This document shows positions 60,490-64,000 of a DNA stretch of 64,000 nucleotides, in pieces. How positions within the stretch are numbered: the stretch's first letter is position 1; each line of letters starts with the position of its first letter. Under the pieces are notes generated by a model, which was not told where the DNA came from, did no database searches, and saw only the letters and a program-made list of their open reading frames with translations. Source of the stretch: the human T2T-CHM13v2.0 reference genome, Homo sapiens; NCBI RefSeq assembly GCF_009914755.1, contig NC_060940.1, one strand, 5' to 3'. The position numbers and the translations under genes are program-made.

Positions 60490-60900
60490 CACTTCTGTAC
60501 ACTCAGCACCTGGCTCCAGGACTGGCACCTAGCAAGATTTCATAAGTATTTGTTGAATAAATAGATGGGATACCCAGGATTATGGAATGATAGCAAGGTA
60601 ATGGGGGCATAGAAGAGGAAAATAAAATTCTACTAGGGTAGGAGAGTTGTAAATGGTTCAGGCAAAGTTTCCCAAAGAGGAGGATGTATTTGAACTGAGC
60701 CTTGAAGGATGTGTAGGTGTTTAGTAGGTAGAAAAGGAAACATGCAAGACGGAAGTTCAGACAGAGGGAAATATACATGTTATAGCCAGAGGCATAAAGT
60801 GCACGGCAAATTACAGAAACCAAAGTTCCAGGAGGCTGGCTGATGGTGTTAGAGAAGGCTGGGAGAAGGGGCTGGTGAGGTAGGCTGGGCTGAGTAATGC
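60490..60900. mobile_element. L2 fragments (tail on +, body on -)
   Basis: 'ctggcacctagcaag...taagtatttgttgaataaat'; 'atttgaactgagccttgaaggatgtgtagg'. Confidence 0.7.
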
Positions 60901-61266
60901 AAATAGAGAAGATTAAATATTTACATAAGCTCATTAGTGACAATGTGTGCATGTGACAAGTATGATTTAGTTTAAACCTCCAAGGTTTAAATACCCTAAG
61001 TGCAACTGTATCTTTTTTGAAATTCATTACATGACATTAATAGGCTCTTTCTCAGCTTCAGTAGTGATCATATTCATGATTTACTCCATCTCTCATCCCT
61101 GGGGTCAGGGACCGTCCATTCTGACCTCCATCCGTCCTCTCACACCTTCCTCAGGAACTAAACATTGGCCGCTAGAAAGCTCCCATTTTTTGTCCCATAT
61201 AAAGGGAAGCAATTTTGCTTCTAAAGATTTAACAGGAGAATTCCCATTATTATGAGAATCAATAAA

Positions 61267-61323
61267 AAAAGGGATTCTGTGTCACAAAAGCTATTTTCTT
61301 GATTTTCTGTGTCACCCATTAAA
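61267..61323 (+). repeat. Dispersed direct repeat, copy B
   Basis: Matches 60300-60355. Confidence 0.92.
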
Positions 61324-61342
61324 TGCAATTCTATAAGAATCC

Positions 61343-61402
61343 TTTTTTTTTTTTAAACAAAAAGAGGTTTAATTGGACTTACAGTTCCACATGGCTGGGA
61401 AG
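61343..61402 (-). mobile_element. Poly(A)-tailed THE1(B-like) LTR micro-fragment with TSD
   Basis: Minus strand reads cttcccagccatgtggaactgtaagtccaATTAAAcctctttttgttt(A)12; flanked by aattctataagaa / aattctttaagaa. Confidence 0.8.
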
Positions 61403-61735
61403 AATTCTTTAAGAACTTGTCAGGAGTCCTATAACATGGTAGGTATATCCTAGAAATATCTAAGCTCTCAAATTCCTCAAGGACAGAATCTCTTCTTCTA
61501 AAGACCTTACAGCCTTATTGAGGGGACAAGATCAATATCATTAAGTTTGATAGAATCACTTGCTTTTCCAAAATGTTTGTAAAATGTTTATAGATTACAA
61601 AGCACTTCTGTGTGTCTTCTTACATTTGACCTTATCTGTGAAGTGGATGGTAATTAATGATTATTATGATATATTAGGCAGTGGCTAAGGGCTCTGAAGA
61701 AAGGCAACACTGAATCCATACCCTAAATTTCAATT

Positions 61736-61763
61736 AGGCCGAGGAGGGCAGATCACGAGTTCA
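61736..61763 (+). mobile_element. Internal Alu left-arm snippet
   Basis: aggccgaggagggcagatcacgagttca vs Alu AGGCCGAGGCGGGCGGATCACGAGGTCA (25/28). Confidence 0.75.
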
Positions 61764-62070
61764 ATTAGGTTAAGTTTTGCTGCAGTATCAAAGAACCCTG
61801 AGATCTCAGTGATTTAACACAACAAAAGTTTATTTCTCATCTATGCCTATGTCCACTGAGGGGTGGTTAGGTGCTCTTCTTCTCACAGCCTTGTACCAGA
61901 ATTCAGGATGATGGAGCAACCACCTTCTCACGTGTTGCTTTCAGAGGGGAAGACAGCTCTGGAGGGTCTCAAATCCGCAATTAAATGCTTTCTTTCAGAG
62001 GTAGCATACTACCCACTCACAACTCCTTGGTCAGAACCAGGTTCATGACCCCAGCAAAATACTACCAGGT
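61760..62070 (-). mobile_element. MLT1J-type LTR
   Basis: 'atctcagtgatttaacacaacaaaagtttatttctc...caggatgatggagcaacc...gcaattaaatgct'. Confidence 0.75.
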
Positions 62071-63154
62071 GGACCACTTGCTGAAGATAAGCAAGTCATA
62101 CTTTTTGCTATGAGGTTTCTAGTAGTTAATGCAAAGAGGTTTATCTTTATGCTGTCTGTATTTTTTTGGTGTCTATCAAACTTAAAAACAAAACATTGCT
62201 CAAGATAAGTAGATGAGTAGTTACTCCTGGGGCTGAACAAAATTTGAAACCTGCTGAAAACAGATTCCTGAACCTCACCCCCAGAAAGTTTGACTAATAA
62301 GACTAAACAGAGATAGTTCAAGTGGAACATACCAGGACAGATGAATTTATTATTGAAATATTAAAATACTTCTTTATTTGTTGGTAAATACCAAATGTCA
62401 CAGTCCCTCTGACATTTGTCTACCCTCCAGTCCCACTAACTGTCCTGACCCCAACCCAGGACTCCTTGCAATTCTCCAGTGAATAAAAGAGTAATGTTTT
62501 GCTGAGTTGAGTGTTCTGAAGCCCCTTATTGCTGCAGGTGACATACTGCCTGATTCGTATGACTCCCCCCAGTTGTTGAATGTTTCATATATGACTTTTG
62601 ATGGGGAGGGCTGGGAACCGGAATTATATCAAGTACCCCAGAAAATTCTGATTCAGAAGAATATTGGCCATCCTTTTAGAAACACTGATCACACAACCTG
62701 ATGAGCCAACCATGATAGTGACTGTATCAGAAATTCCCTAATGGAAGTGTGCAGAGGATGCAACAAGACCACAGGAACAGGACCCAGGCTTCTGGCAATG
62801 GGGGACTGGCATTGTTGGGGAATCTTCCAAGGAGAGATAAAGTTAGCAACACCTTGAAAGCCACTCCAGAGCTCTCTAAGACCCAAAATAAGTAGAAGCC
62901 TTGGTTGACTTTCTCAGCTTAGCAAGAGATGCAAAATATCTATATATGCAACGTCCAGAGATTATGAAGCAGCTGCCTGCAGAATGAATACAAAATGGCA
63001 GCGTGGAGGAGGTATAGAGAGGGACTTCCTTCCAGCTGGTCCAGGAACAGAAAAGGACAATTTCCCCATTTCTGCATCTACCCAACATGCATCACATATG
63101 AGAATGTCAGAAGTGCATATTGGAGTACTGTGGGAATTAATGGAATTTGGAGTG

Positions 63155-63512
63155 GTGTGGTGGATTAAAGAATTCCTTTTCAGAAATAGTTGCTCTCTCT
63201 CTCTTATACTTCCATGAGAGAAATATACTTCATTTTTGATCTTGGGTATGATCACCTGACTTGTATCTGCCAATGGAATCTTAGCAGACGGGATGTGGCA
63301 GGGACTTGAAATGTGTTTGTGTGCTTGGTTGTATAAGTGTACTCTGGTGTGTCCTCCATGACTATGAGAAAGACATGCCCAGACTAGCTCACTGACACCA
63401 CAAGGAGGATGAGATCAGCTGCCTCATGGGCATGTGAACTAAGTAAGTGCCTATTGTTCTATGCCACTGAGATTTTGTGTTTGTGCGTTGTACAGCTACT
63501 GCTAACTACTGG
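63155..63512 (+). mobile_element. MLT1H/I-type LTR
   Basis: 'tgatcttgggtatgatcacctgacttg...gccaatggaat...atgagaaagacatgccc...gccactgagattttg'. Confidence 0.72.
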
Positions 63513-64000
63513 GGAGGTTTATAACAAAATTGTGTCAAGGGCCAGAGAAGTCCACCCAAATGAGACTGAATTGTCTTTCCTATTTTGCTCCAAGGTAGCT
63601 GAGCTATTGGCCATGGTTCCAGGATATTCTCTTAAGAATAGAAGAAGGCCAAGCAAATAAAAGCCAAGGGATTTAAAGTCTACAGATAATCATAATATTG
63701 TATTTTCACAATTTATGGAGCACTATGGTGTACCAGGTTCGTGGTGTGTGCTTTAGATGGATTAGTTCATTAAATTAAAGTTCCTCTGTCAATCAGTCCC
63801 ATGTCCGTATACTCTTTTCGGAAAAATTGTGGGGCCCACAGGGGGACCTGTATGCAGACTGCGCATTTTTTGGTTCCTGTCTAGACCATTCAACCCAAAA
63901 CTGAAATAGCTGAACTGAACAAGGGGCTGAGCTTTAGGGAGTTGAAGTAGGGGAAAGGCAAGGCTGGGGAGCTTAAAAATAGTGGGAAAAACATTGCATA

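Noticed and set aside
60503-61027. 174-aa ORF between the two 56-bp repeats
   Set aside because: Overlaps decayed L2 sequence with no protein similarity; not evidence of a cassette or CRISPR-like system (only two repeat copies, about 1 kb apart).

Overview
This window looks like primate (probably catarrhine/human-like) non-coding DNA, intergenic or deep intronic, and is dominated by interspersed repeats. It holds about 20 Alu copies or fragments (J, S and Y types, many with visible target-site duplications, TSDs) and one full-length but dead L1PA7-like LINE-1 at 26484-32804. It also holds older L1, L2 and MIR fragments, MaLR LTRs (THE1, MST, MLT1), ERVL LTRs (LTR16, LTR33), hAT DNA transposons (MER58, MER53, MER5, Charlie4) and microsatellites. 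I see no host protein-coding exon, RNA gene, CpG island or CRISPR. The only ORFs with recognisable products are the broken L1 ORF1 and ORF2; the rest are chance or repeat-derived. I cannot support a claim of a new biological system. The most unusual structure is three small insertion or duplication scars within about 1.5 kb (60300-61769): a 56-bp dispersed duplication, a poly(A)-tailed and TSD-flanked 48-bp THE1 LTR retrocopy, and a tail-less internal Alu snippet inside a 10-bp duplication. Also notable are perfect hairpins inside old repeats, a deletion and an ORF0 remnant in the L1 5'UTR, and repeat-free motif-dense segments that may be developmental enhancers (best: 54700-55130). Subfamily calls come from my recall of consensus sequences. 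Boundaries of old repeats are approximate and need RepeatMasker/Dfam confirmation.
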